Shown piece after piece: positions 10,650 to 20,513 of a DNA stretch of 64,000 bases. The number at the start of each line of letters is the position of its first letter. Positions within the stretch are counted from its first letter, which is position 1. The stretch spans positions 1,600,001-1,664,000 of the forward strand of contig AP024596.1 of NCBI GenBank assembly GCA_019704295.1, read 5' to 3'. Source of the DNA: Sulfolobales archaeon HS-7 (GTDB lineage: Archaea; Thermoproteota; Thermoprotei_A; Sulfolobales; Sulfolobaceae). The notes below the pieces were generated by a model. The model was not told the DNA's origin, made no database searches, and saw only the letters and a list, made by a program, of their open reading frames with translations. A program made the translations under genes and the position numbers.

Positions 10650-11539
10650 CGAAAGTCTTAATGGGGGTAGTTGTTTCTCAGGGAGCCACCTGATTACTTA
10701 ACTAGTCAAATAATGGGATTTCGATAGGGTATGATCCTACTACACCAACTGTTCTTCGCGGAGAAACTAACTGATTAAAAGGTCAAATTGAGGAACTGTG
10801 ATAGAAGAGAATAGGGTGTGTCGTTTTTCACTTGGTTGATACTCCTACCCCTGAAGATTGCGAGGATTTCCGAAGCGAGAGTGCATTTTTTAACCCTTTA
10901 AGTAGCGATAAGATGCTTAAAATTACGGGAAAGAGCGGGACCAACGTTCATATACCCTTTTTGTCAAGTCCGTGCACTTATAGGGACTACCCAATTAACG
11001 AAAAGTTAAGGTTGATGTAAATCCCGTAGGTCTACGTAACTGCTACGAACACAGCAGGAGGTTTTCAGAGTCCCTTTCCTCGTCATTTTATGGGAGTATC
11101 GACTTGACGTAAGAATCAAGAGGCTGTTAAGCGTTTACGGTCATAGGCTAAGAGGTGGTGGCGGTTACGCAAGCATTTATTCCAGATTTATTATTCAGAC
11201 TCTCGCCGAATATGACGCCATAGGGAGGGGGGATCAAACGAGGTCATTTCTATACGTAGACGATCAGATTAAGGCGACAATTCTGATAATAGTAAGAGGA
11301 ATTTCAAAATGTGAGATATTTATTATAGGATGCGATAGGGAGATAATAATCGTTTAACTACTCTATTTAATTAGGAATATCACATCCTAAAAATCGAAAA
11401 TAGTTAACTTGAATGGTAAATCAGACAATTGGTTAAATGTAGCTAATATCTCAGAGGCACGGAACTTTTGGAATGGGAGCCCAAGATATGACCAGCGGAA
11501 GGACTTAGGTCCGCAATAAACCGATTTAAGGGCGTTTAG
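10650..11539 (+). pseudogene. Decayed UDP-glucuronate decarboxylase / dTDP-glucose dehydratase-like SDR gene
   Basis: Interrupted fragments in order: NGGSCFSGSHL (TGGAGFxGSHL), VVFHLVDTPTP, VNPVGLRNCYEHSRRFSE, SVYGHRL, GDQTRSFLYVDD; several stops and frameshifts; boundaries approximate. Confidence 0.7.
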
Positions 11540-11880
11540 AAGTTAAAGTCAACGTAGTGAAGTTAGGTTACGTGGGGCGCATCACATTACTTGCCTCAAG
11601 GGGATGCCGTAATGGGTATTGATGTAGATCGAAACAAAGTAGAGGATCTTGAGAATGTAAAATTACCACATACATGAACCTGGATTAGAAAATTTTCTCA
11701 GCCTAGCAAGATAGAAGATTGAGCTCTCAGCGATAAAAAGTGCTCTTGAGTTTAAATTAGTCTTCATAACAGTTAAGATGGAGGGAGACGACTTCAGAGG
11801 TATTGAAACCTACTCAAGTCGAAGAAAGTAGTGGATATGCGAAGAGTGCTTAACCCTAGGTACTTCAGCTTACTGATGCA
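11540..11880 (+). pseudogene. Decayed UDP-glucose 6-dehydrogenase, N-terminal part
   Basis: Fragments KVNVVKLGYVG, VMGIDVDRNKVEDL and HEPGLENFL, broken by frameshifts; end approximate. Confidence 0.65.
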
Positions 11881-12017
11881 ATAGGCAATTTAATTAAGAG
11901 GGGAACGAAATTTCACGCTAAGAGAATTCAACAAGCCTTTGATTTAGGTAATATTAATGGATATCTCAACTACCTTAACACCTTACGGGAAAACCGATTC
12001 GATTGTCATGAACTTGT

Positions 12018-13172
12018 TTAGGAGGCAAGTCCGATCACTCCCATCAGGAAAACGAAGACAAGCGTAATGAAATACACAATACTTCTCGCTGATGAGTAAG
12101 CGTTACTCCCCATTATCTTACGATTGGAAACTACTATACCAAGGATGAGAAGTGGAAGGGTTATCACAATAGGTGAAACCGAAAGTATAGAAACCGCAAA
12201 ATTCATTAAACCTAAGAAGTTTCCGTAGATGGCCACGATTACTAGAGCAGGAAAAGATTCAAGGACGTAGAGTATTAATGCGTTTTCTCTCTTTCTATTA
12301 CTGCCAAAGATCTCCAGAACGCCCCATGAGCTGGCCAAGGACACCACAACAAGTGCTAGAAATCCCGCTACAACTAGGAGAAAACCTAAGATGAAGTTGC
12401 GAGGAAGAAAATCGGGGGATAAGACGGCTGTTGGGAATCCCCTTGCCCCGAGAATTTCCGCAAATACTATTATCCCTTCGGTAGCCACTGATCCCAATAT
12501 GGTTTCTCTACTTAACCATGATAGCTTCTCACTAGTGTTTCCCCTTATCGTACCGTATTTAACCGCAGTAGAGTAGCTCTGATAAACCGGCATACACGGC
12601 GGAGTTACCACTGCGCCTACATTGACCGCCATGAACAGTAAAAATTTCTCTGTAGGAGAAAAATAAAATATAGAGGTAACAGGATGGAAGGGAAAAACGA
12701 AGATCAATGAAGTCGTCAGAAGGACGCCAGAAATTCCAATTAGAATCCTCTCCGCATCCGACAGTTTACCTGAAGTGAATACTAGCAGGTGAAATATAAA
12801 TGCCAAAATTATTCCCGTTATGGGGTTCAATCCCATCAGCATGAAACCGATTCCTATTCCCGCATATTCGCAGAGGTAGGTGAACAGGTCTACCGAGAAA
12901 ATGGGAATTATTGACGTCAGTGCGAGTTTGGCGGAATACCTCTCCCTTATTATTCCCCCGATCCCAGAGCCCGTCACGGCTCCTACTCTGCCTGACGCCT
13001 CTTGAATTACGTATAGAGGTATTGAGAGGACCATTATGAACCAAACTAGCCTTAGACCGTATTCGAGTCCGGTAATATATCCTCCTATGAAACTGGCGGC
13101 GTCTGCATTAGAGAGAAGTGCCACCCATGCTGGTCCAAACAGGTTCATCTTTTCCCTTATAGACATTGTCAA
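12018..13172 (-). CDS. NRAMP-family divalent metal transporter
   Basis: FGPAWVALLSNADAAS, QEASGRVGAVTG and GAVVTP motifs; polytopic. Confidence 0.85.
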   Translation of the reverse strand: MTMSIREKMNLFGPAWVALLSNADAASFIGGYITGLEYGLRLVWFIMVLSIPLYVIQEASGRVGAVTGSGIGGIIRERYSAKLALTSIIPIFSVDLFTYLCEYAGIGIGFMLMGLNPITGIILAFIFHLLVFTSGKLSDAERILIGISGVLLTTSLIFVFPFHPVTSIFYFSPTEKFLLFMAVNVGAVVTPPCMPVYQSYSTAVKYGTIRGNTSEKLSWLSRETILGSVATEGIIVFAEILGARGFPTAVLSPDFLPRNFILGFLLVVAGFLALVVVSLASSWGVLEIFGSNRKRENALILYVLESFPALVIVAIYGNFLGLMNFAVSILSVSPIVITLPLLILGIVVSNRKIMGSNAYSSARSIVYFITLVFVFLMGVIGLAS

Positions 13173-13175
13173 CCA

Positions 13176-13505
13176 CTATGGGAGGTCCAAGCAGATCTGA
13201 TTATCTCTAATCGTTGGTTTGTAAACTTCCAAATTTCCCGTCTCCCTCCACTTACCGTAAGCCTCGCCGTATGGTATTTTCAGCGGTACACCCGTGTTCA
13301 GATCGTACACGTAACCGTGCATATAGCAGGTGATCGTCTCGTTTTCGACTTTTCCCTTTGACATATCGGCTCCTTTATGCGGACAGCAGGGAGAGATCAC
13401 CCATATCCTACTATCTGACTTATATATTACGAAAAAAGTATTGCCTATTAGCTCTTTCTGTAACACGTTGTTTTTTACCTCATCTTTGGGTATACATCGT
13501 ATCAA
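13176..13505 (-). CDS. Rieske 2Fe-2S ferredoxin
   Basis: CPH...CYMHG ligands; start placed at TTG 13505 just after the dpsL stop (the ORF track start at 13583 overlaps dpsL). Confidence 0.82.
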   Translation of the reverse strand: MIRCIPKDEVKNNVLQKELIGNTFFVIYKSDSRIWVISPCCPHKGADMSKGKVENETITCYMHGYVYDLNTGVPLKIPYGEAYGKWRETGNLEVYKPTIRDNQICLDLP

Positions 13506-13509
13506 CGGG

Positions 13510-14091
13510 TTACTTACTTCCTTTTTTCGATAGCGGTCCCTCACCAGGATAAGATCTCCTGAAATGTCCTGATGGTCTGCCATATAGAAGTTCCAAGAAC
13601 CACGCCTCGTGCTCTATTTCCTCCTGTAAAATCCTCTGAGCTAAATCGTAAGTTCGTGGATCTTTTCCTAACGTCATCTCGCATACCTCATTCCACGTTC
13701 TTATTGCACACTGTTCCGCCTCTAGAAGGACTTTGAGTATTGTTTTGGGATCCTTCCAGTTCTCGGGAAGATAGGGATCCGCACACGCTGATACATCTGC
13801 AACTTGCCTCATATCCCTGGGTAGCTCTCCTCCTAGTTCGTAGACTCTCTGTGACATTAATTCAAAGTGTAATCTGTCCTCAAGACGGGCATCTTCAGCG
13901 ATCTCCTTTAATCCCTCTCCTTCCAGCCCAGTTAGGTGCATTCTCAGTATAGTATAGTAGTAGTAAGTGGTAAACTCGGCTGCAGTAGCCTTTACCAGCT
14001 TATCTATTAACTTATTCACATCAAGTCCAGACTTCCTGACTTCCTCTACTCCAACTACTTCTAATTCATCTCTTCTCTTATTCTCCGACAT
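13510..14091 (-). CDS. dpsL: DPS-like (DpsL) ferritin-family oxidative stress protein
   Basis: [24 protein letters not shown] and EIEHE motifs; NRAMP/Rieske neighbours. Confidence 0.93.
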   Translation of the reverse strand: MSENKRRDELEVVGVEEVRKSGLDVNKLIDKLVKATAAEFTTYYYYTILRMHLTGLEGEGLKEIAEDARLEDRLHFELMSQRVYELGGELPRDMRQVADVSACADPYLPENWKDPKTILKVLLEAEQCAIRTWNEVCEMTLGKDPRTYDLAQRILQEEIEHEAWFLELLYGRPSGHFRRSYPGEGPLSKKGSK

Positions 14092-14234
14092 ATTTTACCT
14101 GTTATATCATAGTTTATATCTATTAATAAGTCTTTCTATTTAATAGTTAGTCTAAACTAAGACGTATTAATTACGTAACGATTCCACAAGATGTTCACTA
14201 AAAATTTAAATAGTGGGAAAATGAATAAAAAATA

Positions 14235-17200
14235 ATGAAGGAAATCATAGGAATGTTAGGGATAGTATTCTTAATTATAGTGATGGTAGAGGTGCTCTCA
14301 ATTTACAGTTCCACATCATCGCAGATCCAAGCGTCGTATATCCAGTCAATATTGACGATGGCGCAAAACTATCCAGAACTAACGTCTACATGGGGAAACG
14401 GAACTCTTGCCTACTATGAGGACTCCGGTGATCAACCCGTCTGTATAGTAGGGGTTGTGTACTTTCCGACGCCGTATGCTCAACCTTTCGTGCTGGATTT
14501 CAACTATACGGATTCCAGCATTCCAGCGTTCGCCTCTCCAAGCCTGATCCCTTCAAAGTGTTACGCTACGTTCCTTAACGTTTACTCAGTGCCTCAGGGA
14601 AGCGGATTCAAACTATTAACGAATGGGGTAGTTGAGAAAGGCAAAGTACTTCTCTCTCCAGGAGATATAATAGCCGTTCCCTACGAATCCGGATCGGTGG
14701 CCTTCATATCCTCCACTGGGTTATCGTTTTATTACCCCAATTTGCCTAGAGAAGTAACTATAAATGGAGATCAGATTGAAAAGAGCAACAGTCTTGTTTT
14801 AAGTAAATTAAATACAACTCTTAACAGTGTAATAAAAGAGGCTGAGAATTCGTTTTACTCAAAGGATTTCAGCTATCTCGAAGTTAAGGTATACAGCGTT
14901 AATAATCAAGGAACGAAAAGCCCTAGTGTAATAGTATATCTAGGTAATGGAGCTCATTACGTTGTTAAAACAGATGAGAAGATACTAGTGGATCAATGTA
15001 CCTTGGTTACCCTTGTAGCGAACACCTCGCCCTGCTATTCGTTTTCTAGATGGGGGGGAATTCCCTCAAAAACACTTAATAATCATGGACTGATAGAAAC
15101 GTTCATGTTTAAGGGTCAGCAAACGGTATGTGCGTATTTCAACCAGTTTTCTCCGAAGACTTTCCTAAACGGAAACTTTTATTCAAACGTAAGCGTAGTC
15201 TTCGAATGGCCGGGCACAGGAGCTCCCATAGGAGGATACGCCACGATATCAAACGGAGGAAAGAGCTTAAACATATCGAATAACGCGACTTTCTGTGCGA
15301 GCTTAGATACCAAGTTAACGCTAACTCCTAACTCGTTCTGCCTTGGACTCGAATCGAGCGGTGGATATGGAAGTTTACGATTCACCCCTGGGGTTACAAA
15401 TAAATTGACTCACGTTGATTACCATCAAGTACATTGTTATGAAAGTAAAACTTCGAAAAAAACCATCAAGTACGACATAGAGAAGGAGGTGGTCTGCTAC
15501 GTCCTTTATGATTCGGCCTTACAAAGCGTACATGCGGGTCTTATAGGACAGAAGAGTTCTAAGAATTGCATTGAATATTGCTTTGTTAACGAAGTTTGCT
15601 TTTACTTCCCATATGTGTACTATAGTATACAGTTTAGAGATATAGCGACTGGTCAAATTGTTAATGCGTCAGGGTTCGATAATACCAGTTTAGTCTATGG
15701 AGCTTACGCTCACGGTCCGTATAGTGGCGTACCGAGGAACAATTGCTACTGGGGACAGGCATCGGTCTTTCAGAATCAAACCTCCCTGATATTCTTTGAC
15801 TCCCTACCAGGAAAACAAAATGAATCTACATTAAATGAATTTAACTCTACTATTACAGCCATTCCGGGAGCGTACTTCAGGAACAACACGGAATTTTCGT
15901 GGATGAACCCCGTTTTTGGAACTACGGGTACATATCCGTTTAAAAACGACACGTGCATATCTACGGCGGAGGTCATTCAGTGCGGAGTAACGCTCTTCTT
16001 CAGGCCCATTGAATTAGTGAAAATAAAGGCTAACGGTGAAGGCTACGTAACGTCGAGTTTCGTAAATGCCCTATCGGGAAAGAATCAGACCCTTGGAATT
16101 AATCCTTATCAATGTGCAATAGCATTAGTTCCATACGGTTACACCCTTAATGTCAGTTCTGACTCCTGGAATTCCCACATTACGTTTAGTTCCGTCACAG
16201 TATCTAACGACTCTCCTCCGACGGAAAGCGTCGTTTACCCAGTTTTCAAGAAATTCAATCCCAGCGACGTAGCCAGTCCCTACTGTTGGAATGGGACAGT
16301 TCCAAGCAGGATCAAAAATGTTATGAATATCAAAGAGGATTCCTTCATAAGCATACCTATCCTGGACTGGGCTACGGTAAGCGTTCAATACAATGGAGAG
16401 GAGACAGCTAAGATAGTACTTGCAACAAATACGGGGGGATTGTTAACTTATACCAACGGAACTCAAGCGGGAATAGTTGTAACTTCGGGAGTTTACGAAC
16501 TTCCCGTTAACTCCATGCTCTACTTCAGTGGAGCACCTTATTTAGGGAACACGTTTTCAAATTGGTCTGGGAACATAACGGAGGTAAGTCGAACCCCATT
16601 CGAGTTATTTAATTCTACGGGAATGGTTCAGAGTTTGCCCAACGGACCCGCGGCATTTTACGTTCCCTCCTTTACGGTAGTGTTAAATTCCAGCATGGGA
16701 ATAACCGCAAACTTCGTCAAAATACCTCCAGCCCTGTTGAATTATTCGGTCAAATTAACGTTTAACCTGCCCGGAAACTACAACGTTACGGGCGAGAACT
16801 CGATCGGCGGAATATCTTATCCCATAGACATTGCTCATTCCCTCAGTGATAGTGATTCAAAAAGTCAAACGTGTTCTTACGTTGACCTCACTGCAGGGAG
16901 TATGGGTTCCGTATTGGTTACGGGGTTCTTTGACGCAGGTAGTAACTACAACACCGGATTCAATGTAGGCCTAAAATCAAATGATAAGAGCTTTTACAGT
17001 TGCACAGTAAGCTTCACCAATTCCCCTAGTAATAATTACGCGATAGGGAACATAAGTTATACTTATATTACTGGATACTATATTGGCGTAATTTACGTAA
17101 CCAGAGGTACAATGGTTAGACCCGCAATAGTTCCAATGTTCTATGGAACGGATTACTCGTCAGTTTTTGACGTCCATAATACGGCATCTGCAGGAGATTG

Positions 17201-18137
17201 GGTACTCTTCTTCATAGGGTTATTAGTGCAGATAGTGCTAACGGTCTTATCGGATGGAGCTACGGATGAGGGGAGTTTTAATATAGGTGGAGTTTTGAGC
17301 ACGTTTTTCCTAGGGGCAGACATTACCGATTTAGGCAGCACGACGGAGGATCTGGCTTTCGATGTTATGAATAGCTTATCAAAAGTATTAGGTTTAATTA
17401 GTAAAGCCGTTTTCTACGCATCGCAAATACTGGAGATTATAGGAGAGGCAACGAATAACGTCCAACTCGTTAATGAAGGAACCTATCTGGGTATAGTTTC
17501 AGCCTTCGTAGGTGTTGCTTCATCCGCTCTTGACACGGGGGCAACCTCAAGGCAATTGAATGGAGTCGTCCAGGAAGTGGAAGATGAAACATCGGCCGAC
17601 GATCTGTCACCAGCCGTGAAATTCCTAAAGAACTATGCTGGAAAACCGCAAAAGATAGTGAGCTTAATCTCCGACTCTGCCTCCACCATTGGCACAGTCG
17701 CCTGTTGTGTGTATACCTTTAAGTCGATCGCCAGTTCTAATTCCACTGGCGCAAATTTCGAAACCGGTGTTGGGGGAACCATAACCCAGTTCTCTACGAT
17801 TACTTATAATAGCATGACGACCCTTACAGAACTGCATTTCTCCTCATATATACCGCCTGTCATATCTGTAGTAACAGGGCCACTCAACTACGTGCCGGCT
17901 TATCAGAAAATAGGCGGAGAAGCTCCAAATGGGAACTTCTGTTTAGGCTTAGCCCTCCTACAGGGATTCTCAATGAATTTCGCCGAACTGTATTACTTCG
18001 CAAATGGATATAATGAAGAAGACTCTGTAAGTTTCGTAACAAATAGCTATATGATCAGTCCAATTATAGCTTACTCAAATACACCCCAAGGGATATACGA
18101 AATAAATGGACAGTGTCTAACGATGAGTATACAGTAA
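14235..18137 (+). CDS. Large Cys-rich surface protein with pilin-like N-terminus and hydrophobic C-terminal region
   Basis: 1300 aa; N-terminal hydrophobic helix (MKEIIGMLGIVFLII); many N-x-S/T sequons; FSRWGG and FSNWSG...ITANF repeat-like motifs. Confidence 0.75.
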   Translation: MKEIIGMLGIVFLIIVMVEVLSIYSSTSSQIQASYIQSILTMAQNYPELTSTWGNGTLAYYEDSGDQPVCIVGVVYFPTPYAQPFVLDFNYTDSSIPAFASPSLIPSKCYATFLNVYSVPQGSGFKLLTNGVVEKGKVLLSPGDIIAVPYESGSVAFISSTGLSFYYPNLPREVTINGDQIEKSNSLVLSKLNTTLNSVIKEAENSFYSKDFSYLEVKVYSVNNQGTKSPSVIVYLGNGAHYVVKTDEKILVDQCTLVTLVANTSPCYSFSRWGGIPSKTLNNHGLIETFMFKGQQTVCAYFNQFSPKTFLNGNFYSNVSVVFEWPGTGAPIGGYATISNGGKSLNISNNATFCASLDTKLTLTPNSFCLGLESSGGYGSLRFTPGVTNKLTHVDYHQVHCYESKTSKKTIKYDIEKEVVCYVLYDSALQSVHAGLIGQKSSKNCIEYCFVNEVCFYFPYVYYSIQFRDIATGQIVNASGFDNTSLVYGAYAHGPYSGVPRNNCYWGQASVFQNQTSLIFFDSLPGKQNESTLNEFNSTITAIPGAYFRNNTEFSWMNPVFGTTGTYPFKNDTCISTAEVIQCGVTLFFRPIELVKIKANGEGYVTSSFVNALSGKNQTLGINPYQCAIALVPYGYTLNVSSDSWNSHITFSSVTVSNDSPPTESVVYPVFKKFNPSDVASPYCWNGTVPSRIKNVMNIKEDSFISIPILDWATVSVQYNGEETAKIVLATNTGGLLTYTNGTQAGIVVTSGVYELPVNSMLYFSGAPYLGNTFSNWSGNITEVSRTPFELFNSTGMVQSLPNGPAAFYVPSFTVVLNSSMGITANFVKIPPALLNYSVKLTFNLPGNYNVTGENSIGGISYPIDIAHSLSDSDSKSQTCSYVDLTAGSMGSVLVTGFFDAGSNYNTGFNVGLKSNDKSFYSCTVSFTNSPSNNYAIGNISYTYITGYYIGVIYVTRGTMVRPAIVPMFYGTDYSSVFDVHNTASAGDWVLFFIGLLVQIVLTVLSDGATDEGSFNIGGVLSTFFLGADITDLGSTTEDLAFDVMNSLSKVLGLISKAVFYASQILEIIGEATNNVQLVNEGTYLGIVSAFVGVASSALDTGATSRQLNGVVQEVEDETSADDLSPAVKFLKNYAGKPQKIVSLISDSASTIGTVACCVYTFKSIASSNSTGANFETGVGGTITQFSTITYNSMTTLTELHFSSYIPPVISVVTGPLNYVPAYQKIGGEAPNGNFCLGLALLQGFSMNFAELYYFANGYNEEDSVSFVTNSYMISPIIAYSNTPQGIYEINGQCLTMSIQ

Positions 18138-18498
18138 GTCACTTCAGATTAATTCTAATCCCGTTTTTCATCCGTCTTAACGCCTCCTACCCTGGGGAGG
18201 TTCCTTCATGTATTCCCTCGTCATCCTCTCCTAGTCTTACAGTTATCCCTAGATACTGAAAATTGTCCAACATACATTGGTTTACGTTGTGGTGAAATAT
18301 TAGAGCGACGAACAATTAAGGACCAAATTACCATCGAGTTTTACTCTTACTAGGTTTAATAACCTCAGTGGAAATTGTTTTGATAATTATTATACAGTCG
18401 TAATGGACGATTATTTTATTCATTTTCTGTTCCTCTTAATCGAACCTATAAGAATGAGCTCTAATAGTAGGTTTAAAACTTCCCACCGCCTTATCAAG

Positions 18499-19476
18499 TT
18501 ACTGGACGATTTCCCTTAATTTATCCCTTATCCAGGCTGGGTCTTTTTTGTCCTCTATACCCTCCTTCGCTAAGCGTACTCCGAGCTTAAGACCTTTGAC
18601 TTTAGCCATCTGTTCGGCATCAGCCTTCATCTCCCATAATGCTGTCCTTATAGCAATATCTGCCATTGAGAAGTGTAGATTTACTTCATATTGCTTAGAT
18701 ACGTAATATGGGGACAGGGAAAATTCGGCAAACCTCTCCACAATTCCCTTAACTTCTTTAGGGCGACTTAGGGAATTTCCGTCATAATGATGGATCTTAC
18801 AGGTGTCATCTTTCAACTTAATGCAAGGATAACCTTCCTCATAAGCGTGAAGACAGAGGTAAGGTTCGTTTCCTATTCCCCTTAATGTAAATGGTATAAG
18901 CCTAAAGCCTCTATACACTTCCCTCTTTACGCTCATGTTCACCCCGATCGGATTGAAGGTGTATGAGAAATCTCCAGAAGAAAGCGGGTGAGGATTGTTT
19001 ACCAGTAATCCTCCCTTACTGAAGTAATTCCCGTATTTACGCATACCCGCATCAAGAGGTTGCTCCAATATTCGAGAGTACGCCATCTGAAGTATACCTG
19101 TTTTATTGGAATTTCCTTGACTTCCAGGAGAAATAACCCCTGCCTCAGGAATTTTAACATGAGCCCTTACGTGATCCTGAACCCAAGTCCTACTAGGTAC
19201 AGCATCCCCGTCTGTAGTTATGAGTAAATCAGCATTACTCCTTGAGTAGAGTAAGTTTAACGCTTCGTCAAAGTAACCTTCCTTCTGGACTATCCTTTGC
19301 AGTTGAAGAGAGTCCTCAAACTTACCCAATAGTTCCTTGATACCATCATTTGGAACTTCCTTATGAACGAGTATTACGTTAAAATTTTTAAATGTCTGCC
19401 TACTTAATGAGGTCAGAAGTTCCATTAATATCGAAACGCTATTCTTGTATAAGGGAATACCTACGGTTACCTCCAT
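18499..19476 (-). CDS. Glycosyltransferase family 2
   Basis: VTVGIPLY, SLSRQTFKNF and TTDGDAVP (DXD) motifs. Confidence 0.85.
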   Translation of the reverse strand: MEVTVGIPLYKNSVSILMELLTSLSRQTFKNFNVILVHKEVPNDGIKELLGKFEDSLQLQRIVQKEGYFDEALNLLYSRSNADLLITTDGDAVPSRTWVQDHVRAHVKIPEAGVISPGSQGNSNKTGILQMAYSRILEQPLDAGMRKYGNYFSKGGLLVNNPHPLSSGDFSYTFNPIGVNMSVKREVYRGFRLIPFTLRGIGNEPYLCLHAYEEGYPCIKLKDDTCKIHHYDGNSLSRPKEVKGIVERFAEFSLSPYYVSKQYEVNLHFSMADIAIRTALWEMKADAEQMAKVKGLKLGVRLAKEGIEDKKDPAWIRDKLREIVQ

Positions 19477-19810
19477 TCAATTGAGATCGTATTGGCCTTA
19501 TTAAATACGTATAATGATTTACCTTAGACCTTCTATATTGTCGAATGATAGTTTTATACTTCTCCGCACTTTAAAGGGCCGGCACAAAAGCTCTCAACGT
19601 CATTCCTTGAATACGGTTAATGCCAAAGGAGGTAGAGGAAGATACGTTGATCTTTGGAGTCTAGAGGAAGTATACTATATAGATATTACGAGAATCGTCC
19701 GGGAACTTTTGATACATTTTAGGGTTTACAACAGAGTTTGATGCAAATCACACCGGACAGCCAGGTATCGTTTGATCAATCTTTTAATATTTAAACAGGA
19801 AGGTGTATCT

Positions 19811-20275
19811 ATGGAATTTCCTAAATTCGATTGCAAGATAACTAACGCAAAGGAGGGGTACGATTCCGAAATAGAGATGTACTTAAGTACGGAAAGAATA
19901 TTAGCAGGAGTTTTGGGTCTGCTAAGTCGAAGGAGCCCTAGATATAAGGATGATTATGCTAAGATGGTGAAGTTCTTGGACGATATAGAGGATTTCCTAA
20001 TTCTAGGCAAAGAATTACCGGATTCCACTTTCCTCAAGGAAATAAACCAAGGAGACGATTAGGAGTGGAGCTTTACCCCTATTCTAAATAACGATGAAGC
20101 TCTTCTCTTATCTATCGCGGGAGGAGTGGCTAATCAATTGTTGTTCTGGTTCATAAGGGTTGGCAATAATGATAAGTTTAAAGACAGGTTCACGCCAGAT
20201 ATATTTATGAGAATTCAAACGTTGCATAGTGTAATACTTAACAGAATGACGGTTATTTCTAGAAATACTAAATAA
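19811..20275 (+). pseudogene. Hypothetical helical protein gene with one in-frame TAG (20060-20062)
   Basis: ATG at 19811 behind GGAAGGTG; 83 codons, then TAG, then 70 more sense codons to TAA at 20273-20275. Confidence 0.55.
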
Positions 20276-20513
20276 GTTTAAGCTTATCCCGATATAATAA
20301 TCAAAAAATTATATTGTACATCGGTACATGTCGAAGCTATTTAACTAATATTCGCCAAGATTGTTAAAGAAAATCCTTTTATCCACTGCAGAGGTTTATA
20401 ATAATTATCTCCAATCCTCTATATGATTAAGAAATTACCACAAGCGTCGTACCATTATAATCATCATATACAATAACACGCGGATAAAATTAAAAGTGTA
20501 CATGGTTTATGTG

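Noticed and set aside
10489-11020. Short + strand ORFs of 70 and 62 aa
   Set aside because: Parts overlap fragments of the decayed SDR gene; not independent genes
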